Positions 49,167 through 58,433 of a stretch of 64,000 nt of DNA are shown piece after piece. The translations under genes and the position numbers were made by a program. Below the pieces are notes generated by a model that was not told the DNA's origin, ran no database searches, and saw only the letters and a program-made list of their open reading frames with translations. Origin of the DNA: a virus (lineage: Duplodnaviria > Caudoviricetes); the IMG/VR virus record IMGVR_UViG_2706795985_000001, positions 1 through 64,000 of that record, one strand, 5' to 3'. The stretch's first letter is position 1. The number at the start of each line of letters is the position of its first letter.

Positions 49167-50318
49167 TCAATCCTCTAAGATTAGATATCGGTTTGAGATT
49201 ACCTTGAAAGAGAAATCCCTTGTCGTGCTTTTATAAACGTAACCCTCACGAAACTTGCCGTTCAGTCCACTTGGGCCATCAGCCCTAATGAGTGCCGTTG
49301 CCACAGTTGGTGTGGGCAATGGCCCTGTATAGTTCACAGGTACATGTCTCACCCCTTGATCAGTGCAGAACTTGATGCGTTCGGCAGGAAGCATGTAACG
49401 TTGTTCGTCAATCAAGAACACATCGTAGCAGAAGAATGTGTTCTCTTCCAAACCCTCAAAGTTTTTCTGAATCGAAGGACCACACATCTCACCCTGAATA
49501 GCGAGGTTACGACCATCACGACGAATCGCTTCAATCAAACCAGCATCAGTAGCCATCTGTGTGAAGGCGTTGTCGTCCTTCTTGATTACACGTTCCCACT
49601 TCGCAGCGCGTAGACCACGATTCCGCACATGGTCAACGAAGCGAGAAAGAGTAGAAAGGAAACTACGCTTTTCGTCTTCCATCCGAAAGCCCACGTTACG
49701 GCTAGCCACACCAGCCACGCCGTCATGAACAAACGCAGTAAGAGAGCTTCCATCAAGCTTGAAAGATTCCTCAAATTCTTCTCCATCGGCAACAGCCTTC
49801 AAGTATAGGTTAGTGATGTTTTGCACGCGAGTCTGGTCAGTCTTCGGGATGAACTTCGGGAAGCCCAATGCAGAAGTGCCAGTCTTGACGCCCATGCCAC
49901 CAGCGTTGTTCATGCTGGCTTCTTCAGCCTTCTCGTACTTGACAACGCCAAGAACTTTGGTCATATCGTCACCAACCTGACCATTGAAGCCGGTTTCAGT
50001 CAGTGGGATCATGTAACCCTGCGAGAGTTGCTTACGCAGTTTCATGGTCTTGACACGTGCATGAATACGGCCATCAATGTTGTGGAGCAGTTTAGAACTC
50101 CAGTTGGCAGCATCAGCAAAGTAAGGGCGTTCTGTATCAAGAAGGGAGTCCACTTCAAAGAATACAGCCTTTGTAGCCATAGGCTCATAAAGACCCTTCT
50201 GAACAACAACCTGCCAGCCGCCAACGATGGCCAGCTCGATCCTATCGGCTCCAGCAATCTCATGAAGGCTATCAATCAAAACAACTCTTGCCAATTTACG
50301 CTCACTCATTTTTATCAC
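49167..50318 (-). CDS. RNA ligase (DRB0094-type)
   Basis: IAGADRIEL N-terminal domain; PKTDQTRVQN; KLDGSS; QGEM; EGYVYK; FKVIS. Confidence 0.85.
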   Translation of the reverse strand: MIKMSERKLARVVLIDSLHEIAGADRIELAIVGGWQVVVQKGLYEPMATKAVFFEVDSLLDTERPYFADAANWSSKLLHNIDGRIHARVKTMKLRKQLSQGYMIPLTETGFNGQVGDDMTKVLGVVKYEKAEEASMNNAGGMGVKTGTSALGFPKFIPKTDQTRVQNITNLYLKAVADGEEFEESFKLDGSSLTAFVHDGVAGVASRNVGFRMEDEKRSFLSTLSRFVDHVRNRGLRAAKWERVIKKDDNAFTQMATDAGLIEAIRRDGRNLAIQGEMCGPSIQKNFEGLEENTFFCYDVFLIDEQRYMLPAERIKFCTDQGVRHVPVNYTGPLPTPTVATALIRADGPSGLNGKFREGYVYKSTTRDFSFKVISNRYLILED

Positions 50319-50325
50319 TCCCTTC

Positions 50326-50646
50326 TCAGTTGTTGATTGTCACATTACCAGTAACGTTAAGTGTGATGTTTGCTGGCAGTTGCCGAGAGTCCATGACAAG
50401 TGAAGGCTGGCCATCTGCACAAATGTTCTGCATGCACCCCAGACCAGCTGGTGCCTGAGTCTCAGGGCTTGGAAACATCTCCTCAAGAAAGTTCTTAAGC
50501 TTGGTAACATCCTCATCGGTCAGTTCGATGCTTGTGCTGTTGTTTATAACTACGTACAACGCATCGCCCTCAATTTCAAAAGATGCGAAGTCGTTATATT
50601 GGTCAGCAAGTTTCAAGATCTTTTGGCTCATTTTTGTTTCCTCCAT
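50326..50646 (-). CDS. Hypothetical protein
   Basis: GGAGG RBS; promoter upstream. Confidence 0.65.
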   Translation of the reverse strand: MEETKMSQKILKLADQYNDFASFEIEGDALYVVINNSTSIELTDEDVTKLKNFLEEMFPSPETQAPAGLGCMQNICADGQPSLVMDSRQLPANITLNVTGNVTINN

Positions 50647-50664
50647 TTGTGTTTGATCTCGCTC

Positions 50665-50725
50665 AGTCTACAGGATCAAGAAACCTTGTCAACAGGCTTG
50701 ACAGAAATATTTTCCATGGTAGACT
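50665..50725. promoter_or_regulatory. Back-to-back sigma70-like promoters
   Basis: Minus TTGACA(about 50692-87)-16-TAGACT; plus TTGACA(50698)-16-TAGACT(50720-25). Confidence 0.65.
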
Positions 50726-50738
50726 TAACCACATCGCA

Positions 50739-51005
50739 GAGAGATATGTCGAGCTAACGCTTCCCTCACCGTCCTGCGGGTGTACCGTCCTATGAAGAGT
50801 TTGCTGCTGGGACAGCTGAGGTTGAATGAGAGAACAGCGCAGTGATGACCCTTTATAGGGGAAGGCTCTCAATCTATAGCGTCCCATGACGCCGACTTGC
50901 GATCTGAGTTTTGGATAGCTTAGGAGATAGACCACAAGGCACGTCTTAGGCTGTTAACTCAGTATGGCGAGCCTTGGGATAGGTTTATCTCGACAATACG
51001 AAACT
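50739..51005 (+). ncRNA. Candidate structured ncRNA, copy B (paralog of 14461-14747)
   Basis: Shares GAGAGATATGTC, CCTATGAAGAG, GCTGAG, GCGATCT, GTATGGC, CGAAACT in order; covarying stems. Confidence 0.75.
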
Positions 51006-51024
51006 GGTTTTGGATAGGGGCAAT

Positions 51025-51165
51025 ATGAACGAAATTATCTACAGAGCTACAAACATCGCCAACGGAAAGTCCTATATAGGAAAGACAGTGGCAGGTCTTG
51101 ATAAGAGGCGAAGACAACATGAACGGAACTCCAAAAGAGCAGTCCAATGGGCGAAGGAGCAATGA
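51025..51165 (+). pseudogene. 46-aa N-terminal GIY-YIG endonuclease fragment (not in ORF track)
   Basis: IIYRATNIANGKSYIGKT...RRRQH, then stop. Confidence 0.75.
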
Positions 51166-51966
51166 TGATTGAGTGGGTTGACAATTGGGGTAAATACCGT
51201 GAAGAAAGAGACAGCCGAAATGAGTACAGAGATTGTGTTGTAGTTTCCTTCTGTGAGGTGTGGAGAGCGCCTTATGATGCTGCCCACAGGCATATACGTA
51301 AAATGTTCGGTCGTAAGAACCGACAAGGAACTAATACAGCCAATTGTAGGGATGCTGTGGCAAGGTGTCCTAAAACAAAGATGGCTAAGGAGGAGTGGAG
51401 TAAAGGGGAGAGACCAACCATAGCTCAGTTTTGTAAAAATCATCCTGAGGGACGTTATTGGGTATTTGTAAGTGGTCATGCACTTGCCGTTATTGATGGA
51501 ATCGTGTACGATCATAAACACGGACCACGGCGTAGAGTTGCTTTTGCATTCAGGGTTTACGTATGAAGTTTTTGTTGTGCTTAGTGTTGTTTTCTGTTAC
51601 CATGTTCGGCTCAATGTTTGTGGTCAGAACAAACCACTTCGATGACCAGAAAATGGCTTGCATTAGAGTTGATGGTAATGGTAAAGTTCTCTACAGCAAA
51701 ATGGGGCTTCCTATTGGATATGAGTGTATGAGGCTACACCTTGTTTTAAAGTATAGGAATGGAGGCTACAAATGAACAACGAACTGATGGCGGCATTCAA
51801 AGCTCTGCGTGTTAGCGAGCGCTCTGCGGTGTTGCAAGACTTAGGCTACAACATGCATCCAGCGGTTCATGAGACTGGCAATGAGTTTGCTGTACGTGTG
51901 CTACGTCAGATTTCATGTGACGGAGCTATCCGTGAACTTGAGAACTCCATGCGGAGGTTTCAATAG
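51162..51966 (+). CDS. Three hypothetical genes (about 51162-51566, 51563-51775, 51772-51966)
   Basis: 4-bp overlaps and RBSs. Confidence 0.6.
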
Positions 51967-52324
51967 TGGAACATAAATTTGAGTGGAGTCCACCTGCATT
52001 GAACATTGACCCTTGGGCGCGTACAGACTTTCTGGTGGCTGAGCCAAAGGTTGTGGCATTTGACTACGACGAGACAATCAGCGACAGTGAGAGTACATGG
52101 CTTGCAGTTATGCTTTTGCTTGAGAAGCAGGGTTACCACTGTATCGTCTGTACATGGAGGACTCCAACAACCTATCCAGAAGATTTACAATTTCTGGTTG
52201 ACAGGGGTTTCAAGGTGTACTACACTTCTGGTCAAGCAAAACGAACATACATGGAAAAGCAAGGTGTGAAGGTCGCCATCTGGATTGACACAACCCTTTC
52301 GCTATTCTGAACAACGCCAATTAG
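51966..52324 (+). CDS. HAD-family phosphatase-like protein (probable 1-bp deletion near 52290)
   Basis: VAFDYDETI motif I, CTWR motif II; adding one base restores WIDDNPFAI. Confidence 0.65.
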
Positions 52325-52332
52325 GAGGCCAT

Positions 52333-52683
52333 ATGTACGGTGCAATTCATCTGAGTCAATTGCTGGAACTGGGCGACCAGAATCTCACACGTGAGTTCTT
52401 TGGGTATCACGGCTGGCGTATCCTGCCGCTGGACGCTGCACCGGCTGACAAGTTTGTCGCTGAGATGGTGTTCAAACGTCTTGACGATGTGATGTTTCCC
52501 GGCCATACTGTGGCACACGGCTTGATCTACAACGACTCTCGCGGTATCTTCCGTGATGGTGAGCCTGTACGCACTTCGACTGTGAAGCAGATCGTTGAGA
52601 TTGACGGCGATCTTTACATCGAAACACGCAACACCATGTACAAGGTGATCAACCGAGACGATGTTGAGACACCAAACGTGTAA
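52333..52683 (+). CDS. Hypothetical protein
   Basis: AGGAGG RBS; G.IYND.RG.FRDG..VRTS. Confidence 0.7.
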   Translation: MYGAIHLSQLLELGDQNLTREFFGYHGWRILPLDAAPADKFVAEMVFKRLDDVMFPGHTVAHGLIYNDSRGIFRDGEPVRTSTVKQIVEIDGDLYIETRNTMYKVINRDDVETPNV

Positions 52684-52691
52684 AATAGTTG

Positions 52692-52720
52692 TTGACAGGT
52701 CGTAAGACCCCTGTTACACT
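52692..52720 (+). promoter_or_regulatory. Sigma70-like promoter
   Basis: TTGACA-17-TACACT. Confidence 0.75.
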
Positions 52721-52752
52721 TACCAAATCAAATATCAAAGGAGAGAAACAAA

Positions 52753-53370
52753 ATGGCACAGATTTCCATTACCCGCGCTTTGGCTGAAGTAAAATCCCTG
52801 AACGACCGTATCGAGAAAGCCACTCGACAAGCCGTATTCGTTACAGTGACTGTTGGTGGCAAGACTACCAATGGTCAAGACCTTCAGACGGCTACCAACC
52901 AGTTGAAGGCAAGCTTGCAATCGGTTCAAGACCTGATCGCTCGTCGTCAAGCAGTTAAGACTGCAATCATCCGTTCGAATGCTGTGGCTACTGTCACCAT
53001 CAACGGCAAGACTCTGACCGTGGCTGAGGCCATCGAGCGTAAGGGTTCCATCGACAAAGAGCGTGCTCTGATGTCCGTCCTGCAAACTCAACTGGGTCAA
53101 GTACGATCTGTTGTGGAACGTAACAACGTTCAAATGCAAGGCCGTATCGACACCATGCTTCAAGCTGCTGTTGGTAAGGAACGCAAGGCTACCGAGGAAG
53201 AGCTAGAGGCCATCAGCAAGCCCTACACTGCTTCGAACGTAACCGCTCCACTTGACCCTAACGGGCTGGAAGCTGTGATCCTGAAGATGGAAGCTGATAT
53301 CAACGGTTTCTTGTTTGAGGTTGACTTCGCTCTGTCTGAGGCTAACGCCAAGACCTTGATTGAAGCCTAA
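52753..53370 (+). CDS. Coiled-coil protein of unknown function
   Basis: AGGAGAG RBS, strong codon bias, all-helical; SITRALAEVK...LTVAEAIERK...DFALSEANA. Confidence 0.85.
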   Translation: MAQISITRALAEVKSLNDRIEKATRQAVFVTVTVGGKTTNGQDLQTATNQLKASLQSVQDLIARRQAVKTAIIRSNAVATVTINGKTLTVAEAIERKGSIDKERALMSVLQTQLGQVRSVVERNNVQMQGRIDTMLQAAVGKERKATEEELEAISKPYTASNVTAPLDPNGLEAVILKMEADINGFLFEVDFALSEANAKTLIEA

Positions 53371-53735
53371 CAGCTTTCGGTCTAACGTAAAAGTTTTCTC
53401 ATGCTGCGACGAATTGCCTAAATTCACGCAACCCATTCCTTGGGGGTATATCCGGGGAGCCTATTTTAGAATAGCCTAATGGCTAATCCAAAGACTAGTG
53501 AATATTCTCATTCGCATATGATCGCCTCCGTTTTGAGGAGGCTGTATTGACTACGTTCAAAGATCAAATAGGAAAGCTGCAAAGCTAAAAGATGAAGGGC
53601 CTTCGAGCCATATAAACCTTTTAAAGATTTAACCAGTATCGATACAAAGCTTCTCCAAATCTTGGATACATGTTGAGACGTATCTGTGTGACGGACGCTG
53701 GCAATGCTACCGAGCTGTCGTGGGCATGAGACCCA
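53370..53735 (+). ncRNA. Candidate structured RNA / long 3' UTR
   Basis: No ORF; ends pair (53370-81 with 53709-18); internal hairpins; AAAG-repeat tract. Confidence 0.55.
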
Positions 53736-53739
53736 ATTA

Positions 53740-53768
53740 AAACCCTGCCCTAACTGGCGGGGTTTTTT
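53740..53768 (+). terminator. Intrinsic terminator
   Basis: AACCCTGCC-loop-GGCGGGGTTTTTT. Confidence 0.8.
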
Positions 53769-53780
53769 CACATCTGGGGC

Positions 53781-53808
53781 TTGACAAAGGTAGAGACTGG
53801 TGTAGAAT
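53781..53808 (+). promoter_or_regulatory. Sigma70-like promoter
   Basis: TTGACA-16-TAGAAT. Confidence 0.7.
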
Positions 53809-53835
53809 TCGCTCATACAAACAGGAGAGACAAAA

Positions 53836-54841
53836 ATGAAATTCGAAGGCAAGCTTGAGATAGGTGGTTTGGCTATGATCATTGGTTGTACCAAACCTGA
53901 AAACAACTGGATCATCGGCAAGATCGTGAAGATTGAGATGTTCACATCTGTTGGAGATAACTTGACTTGGCTGTACCCATCGGCTGCGGCCACTGGCACA
54001 GTCATAGAAGATACGCCAGAGATTGCAATTTGTTCTGGCCTATCCACCAACAATACTACAAATATGGGGCACCCAATTCTCAAGAATCACGTAAAAATCG
54101 GAAAGAAATATCTGATGCCTCTACCACCTCTGGAAGAGGAAGAGCTGGTAGAGGAACGTGAACTGGAGATGTTCCATTGATCACAGAAGGTCATATCCTC
54201 AACATGGTGAATGAGCTTGAGAAGCGTGTACAGGCTCGGGATAACACATACTCTGTAAGAGTTCAAGCCCAGATGCACATCCAAGGTCCAATATACATAA
54301 TCTCTATTGAAAATGCCACAAGCATAGACCAGTATGAGGTTGACTCCAGCACTCATCAATGGATTCGAAGGTTAGAGGTTTATGAACAGCAAGATTAGAA
54401 ACCCCTTGGCTGGACCCAATAGACGTGTTAACCTCCCCAAGGTTGAACGTGATCGTACAAAGTACCGTCGCAAACGTAAACACAAAAGGAGTGACAATAA
54501 TGAGTAAGTTGCAAGCACCAATCGCAAATGGCAACATCTTGATGGTGAACTTCCCGCACATGCCAATGCTGCACGACTTCATCATCCACGCACAAATCAC
54601 ACAATACAGCGTGACTCAGGCTGAGGAAGGTGTTATGCTCTCGATCCCTATCACAGAGGCACTTGAGAATCACTCTACAGGTTTGGTTCACGGTGCAAGA
54701 GCGCGTGCAAAGGCCGCTGAGAAGCCTGACCCTAAACCCCCAACAGGAGGTGGAAGCCCAGATGGGACTCCTCCGGGCGGTGGAACACCGGGTACGCCCG
54801 TTATTGAGACTTACACATTCACGGAGGCAAAGGCAGCATGA
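53836..54841 (+). CDS. Hypothetical genes (53836-54180, 54177-54398, about 54500-54841 with Pro/Gly tail)
   Basis: RBSs and coupled starts. Confidence 0.6.
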
Positions 54842-55001
54842 GTGTTTCATTGCTTGTTTTGATAAACCATACAGATAAGGTAACTTCTCAAGTGGTTAAG
54901 TTTTCATCTAGGACAGAAGCTGTACAAGCAAAGGTCGCAATAGAGGAAGATTTTCGTAAAAGTGTGTGGGCTGTTCGGATAACAATATTGGAGGGGACTG
55001 C

Positions 55002-57803
55002 TTGACAAGTCTGGAGATAGCAAAGAAGTACGGGATAGACCTATATACCTACGGTAAGGTTGCATGCCCTAAATGCGAGAGTAAGGGTATGGACAGGTCA
55101 GGTGATAATTTAATGGTCTACGGTACAGATGATGTAGGTCGTCACAGGGGCGCGCATTGTTGGGGTGGTTGTGGTGGTTTTACCATACCGTCTGAAGAGT
55201 ATCTAGAAGAAAACGGTGTTACAGAAGAAAAGGAGTACAACGTAGTGGGTGCTGAGTTTAACGATGAGATTCACAAGAAGATGAAAGAGGTGACTACCAC
55301 AGACTCTAAGGGTTATCGTGGTATTCGTAAAGACACTACAGCAGCTTTTGGTGTTCGACATGAAGTGAACACACAGACAGGCGAGATTGCTGTCCAATAC
55401 TACCCTTGCACTATGGAAAGTGCAGACAATGATCATGGATTTATTCTCACTGGTTACAAAAAGCGTACACTGCCTAAGACTTTTGGCGGCGCACTTGGTG
55501 AGACTGGCAAGGAATGTCAGCTGTTTGGTCAGTTCAAGTTTATACGTGATCGAGGCAAATACTGCCTGATTGTTGGTGGTGAGATTGACCAACTGTCCGC
55601 CTACCAGATGCTCGCAGACTACCAGAAAGGTAAAGGCTATGAAGCTTTCCCTGTCGTATCACCAACCATCGGTGAGACTGGCTGTGAGAAACAGATTGTA
55701 GGCCAGTACGAGTGGTTTAACCGATTCGAGCGTATTATCGTCTGTATGGACAACGACGCAGCGGGTAGAGAAGCTTCTGAGAAAGTTTGCAAGGCATTGC
55801 CTAAGGGTAAAGCTTTCATTATGGAAATGGGCTTGAAAGACCCTAACGAGTATTTGAAGGCTAATAAGGAACGTGAGTTCATTTCAGCATTCTACAATGC
55901 AGCTCCCTACACTCCAAGTGGTATTGTTGGTAGTGGTAGTTTGATGAAGCTTATGAAGGCAGCGGCAGTGACACCTAAGATACCACTCCCACCATTTATG
56001 CACAAAGTGCAGAAGATGATGGCTGGTGGTATTATGCTCAAGACTATTACAAACTTAGGTAGTGCTTCTGGTTGTGTAGATAAGGACACTGAATATCTAA
56101 CTCCCCAAGGTTGGAAAAAGTTTGATGAGTATGTTGTTGGTGACCTCGTTGCCCAGTACCATAAAGATGGCCAGATGACCTTTGTAGAGCCTTTGGAGTA
56201 TGTTAAAAAGCCTTGCGGAGTCATGACTCATTTCAGCAACCGCTCCACTGATCAAGTGCTGTCAGACGAGCATCGGTTTGTATACTACTCTCAGGCCAAG
56301 GGTGGTAAGGTTCATATCAAACCTTTTGCGGAAGTGAGAGAATTACATGAGAGAAATGTGACAGGGTTTCGTGGTCATATTGCCACTACGTTCGAGTATA
56401 GCGGGAAGGGTATTGATTTCAGCGAGGGCGAGCTTCGCCTGCAAGTTGCTGTAATGGCTGACGGCCGGATTGTCAAAGAGGGTAAGGACAACTATACTCA
56501 AATGCGCTTCAATAAAGAGCGTAAGTATCTTAGACTTATCGACATGGTTAAGAAGTTTAAATTGAGTTATGATGACAAGGGTCTTGGAGAAGATGGATAC
56601 TACCAAGTTATTGTATGGCCAAAAACTCAGGACAAGGCTTATTCTGAGGAGTTTTACAACGCAACACAGGAACAGCTTCAAATTATCTGTGATGAAGTTA
56701 TGCACTGGGATGGCTATCTTGAAAATCAGGTATATACTTCCTGCCGTAAAGGTGATGTAGACTTCCTCCAGTTCGCTTATGCGGCCTGCGACAAGCGGGC
56801 GGTGGTTGGTGAAGATAAACGTACTGGTAAGTACAAAGGAGGTTACTGCGGAGTTCTAAGTGTCAACAAGGCTAGCCATAGCCAGCGTGTCTCTATTCGC
56901 AGTGTGGGGGGCAGAGATAAGACTGAGATGAAGGAGTACAAAACCCTTGACGGCTTTAAATACTGCTTCATGGTTGAGACTGGTATGCTTGTTCTTCGCC
57001 GTAACGGTCGAATCTTCATCACTGGTAATACTGGTAAGTCAACAATCGTTGACGAGTGCGTTTATCACTGGATTTATCACAGCCCACACAAACCGGGAGT
57101 CCTCTCACTTGAAAGTGACTGTGCCCAGTACGGAAACAAGATGTTGTCTCGTCGTCTGGGACTTAAGCTTGATTTGATTGAAGATGACCAGTATAAGATC
57201 GATCTTTTGAATAGTGCTGAGGTTGAAGAGGCAGCTCAGGATTTGTTCTTCCTGCCAGATGGCAGTCACCGCTGGCACTTGGTTGAGGAGCGTGACGGTT
57301 CTATTGAAGATATCAAAGAGAAGATCATGCAACTGATCGTTGCTTGTGAGTGTAAGGTGATTATCATTGACCCACTTCAAGATATCCTTGATGGTATGAG
57401 CAATGAAGAGCAAGCCGTGTTCATGAAGTGGCTAAAAGGCACAGTGAAGAGCCATGATGTGTCCTTCATTTTGATTAACCACGTTCGTAAGAGTGCAAAT
57501 GGTGGCAAGCAAAACTCCGCAGGTGCTGATCTGTTCGAAGAAGACTTTGCTGGTAGTTCGGCAATATTTAAATCAGCAGCCTGTAATCTGCTGTTTACTC
57601 GTAATAAAGAAGCGGAAAATGAGGTAGAGCGTAACATAACAAAAATGAAAGTAACTAAGCTGCGTTGGACTGGCAACACAAGCCCAGATGCAGGACGCTA
57701 CTACTATGATAATAAGACACACACTTTGTGGGACTTGGACGACTATCTTGATAGAAATCCAACTGTAAAGGCTGAGTATCTGGCCAGTCAGCAGGAGGAG
57801 TAG
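55002..57803 (+). CDS. T7 gp4-like primase-helicase with intein (likely TTG start 55002)
   Basis: Zn-ribbon CPKC, TOPRIM GGEID...DND, Walker A GSASG|TGKS, IIIDP, LINHVRK. Confidence 0.9.
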   Translation: MTSLEIAKKYGIDLYTYGKVACPKCESKGMDRSGDNLMVYGTDDVGRHRGAHCWGGCGGFTIPSEEYLEENGVTEEKEYNVVGAEFNDEIHKKMKEVTTTDSKGYRGIRKDTTAAFGVRHEVNTQTGEIAVQYYPCTMESADNDHGFILTGYKKRTLPKTFGGALGETGKECQLFGQFKFIRDRGKYCLIVGGEIDQLSAYQMLADYQKGKGYEAFPVVSPTIGETGCEKQIVGQYEWFNRFERIIVCMDNDAAGREASEKVCKALPKGKAFIMEMGLKDPNEYLKANKEREFISAFYNAAPYTPSGIVGSGSLMKLMKAAAVTPKIPLPPFMHKVQKMMAGGIMLKTITNLGSASGCVDKDTEYLTPQGWKKFDEYVVGDLVAQYHKDGQMTFVEPLEYVKKPCGVMTHFSNRSTDQVLSDEHRFVYYSQAKGGKVHIKPFAEVRELHERNVTGFRGHIATTFEYSGKGIDFSEGELRLQVAVMADGRIVKEGKDNYTQMRFNKERKYLRLIDMVKKFKLSYDDKGLGEDGYYQVIVWPKTQDKAYSEEFYNATQEQLQIICDEVMHWDGYLENQVYTSCRKGDVDFLQFAYAACDKRAVVGEDKRTGKYKGGYCGVLSVNKASHSQRVSIRSVGGRDKTEMKEYKTLDGFKYCFMVETGMLVLRRNGRIFITGNTGKSTIVDECVYHWIYHSPHKPGVLSLESDCAQYGNKMLSRRLGLKLDLIEDDQYKIDLLNSAEVEEAAQDLFFLPDGSHRWHLVEERDGSIEDIKEKIMQLIVACECKVIIIDPLQDILDGMSNEEQAVFMKWLKGTVKSHDVSFILINHVRKSANGGKQNSAGADLFEEDFAGSSAIFKSAACNLLFTRNKEAENEVERNITKMKVTKLRWTGNTSPDAGRYYYDNKTHTLWDLDDYLDRNPTVKAEYLASQQEE
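56073..57029 (+). mobile_element. Intein in helicase P-loop (319 aa, LAGLIDADG-like core)
   Basis: CVDKDTEYLT start, SDEHRF block B, AVMADG/VMHWDG, ITGN|T end. Confidence 0.92.
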
Positions 57804-57805
57804 CT

Positions 57806-58375
57806 TTGAGATTAGTGTTCGGTGTTGGTATAAATGATGCCGACTATGTAGTGCAACCCAATGTGGATGGCAAGCAGGTCGCTTGCCAGTATTACACAAG
57901 GTGGAAAGATATGCTGAGACGTTGCTATGATAAAGTTAGAATGGCAAAGTATCCAACATATTCTGATTGTACAATTTGTGCTGAGTGGCTTGTCTTTTCT
58001 AATTTTAAGTCTTGGATGGAGCTACAAAATTGGAAGGGTAACCACTTGGACAAAGACCTGCTTGTTGCAGGCAATAAAATGTACAGTCCTGAAACTTGTG
58101 TGTTTGTGAGCCCACTTGTAAACACATTTCTTTTAGAGAGTGATTCCATACGTGGTGAGTACCCTATAGGAGTTACTTTCTCTAAGAAAGCCTCAAAATA
58201 CTCGGCAGAGTGTAAGAACTTGGGAGGTAAACGTATTTGGATTGGGTACTACTTTACACCTGAAGAAGCCTCATTTGCATACCGTGAAGTTAAATACAAG
58301 CTAGCTCTACAACTTGCAGCTATTCAGCCAGACCCCAGAGTTTCAAGGGCTTTGATTGAGAGGTATAAAATCTGA
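57806..58375 (+). CDS. HNH-family homing endonuclease between helicase and polymerase
   Basis: FGVGINDADY...RWKDMLRRCY...LDKDLL...YSPETCVFV. Confidence 0.82.
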   Translation: MRLVFGVGINDADYVVQPNVDGKQVACQYYTRWKDMLRRCYDKVRMAKYPTYSDCTICAEWLVFSNFKSWMELQNWKGNHLDKDLLVAGNKMYSPETCVFVSPLVNTFLLESDSIRGEYPIGVTFSKKASKYSAECKNLGGKRIWIGYYFTPEEASFAYREVKYKLALQLAAIQPDPRVSRALIERYKI

Positions 58376-58433
58376 TTGACTATTGGGGTCATGCTTAGGT
58401 ATGATCCCTTCTGTCGTTTTAAAGGAGAGCAGG

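Noticed and set aside
50840-50866. Hammerhead ribozyme (TGATGA-stem-GAA) in copies A/B, and CTGAGGA at 16275
   Set aside because: Invariant C3 and GAAA are missing or stem II is out of register; no third helix with UH
53508-54083. 191-aa minus-strand ORF
   Set aside because: Crosses a terminator, a promoter and a plus-strand gene; no RBS
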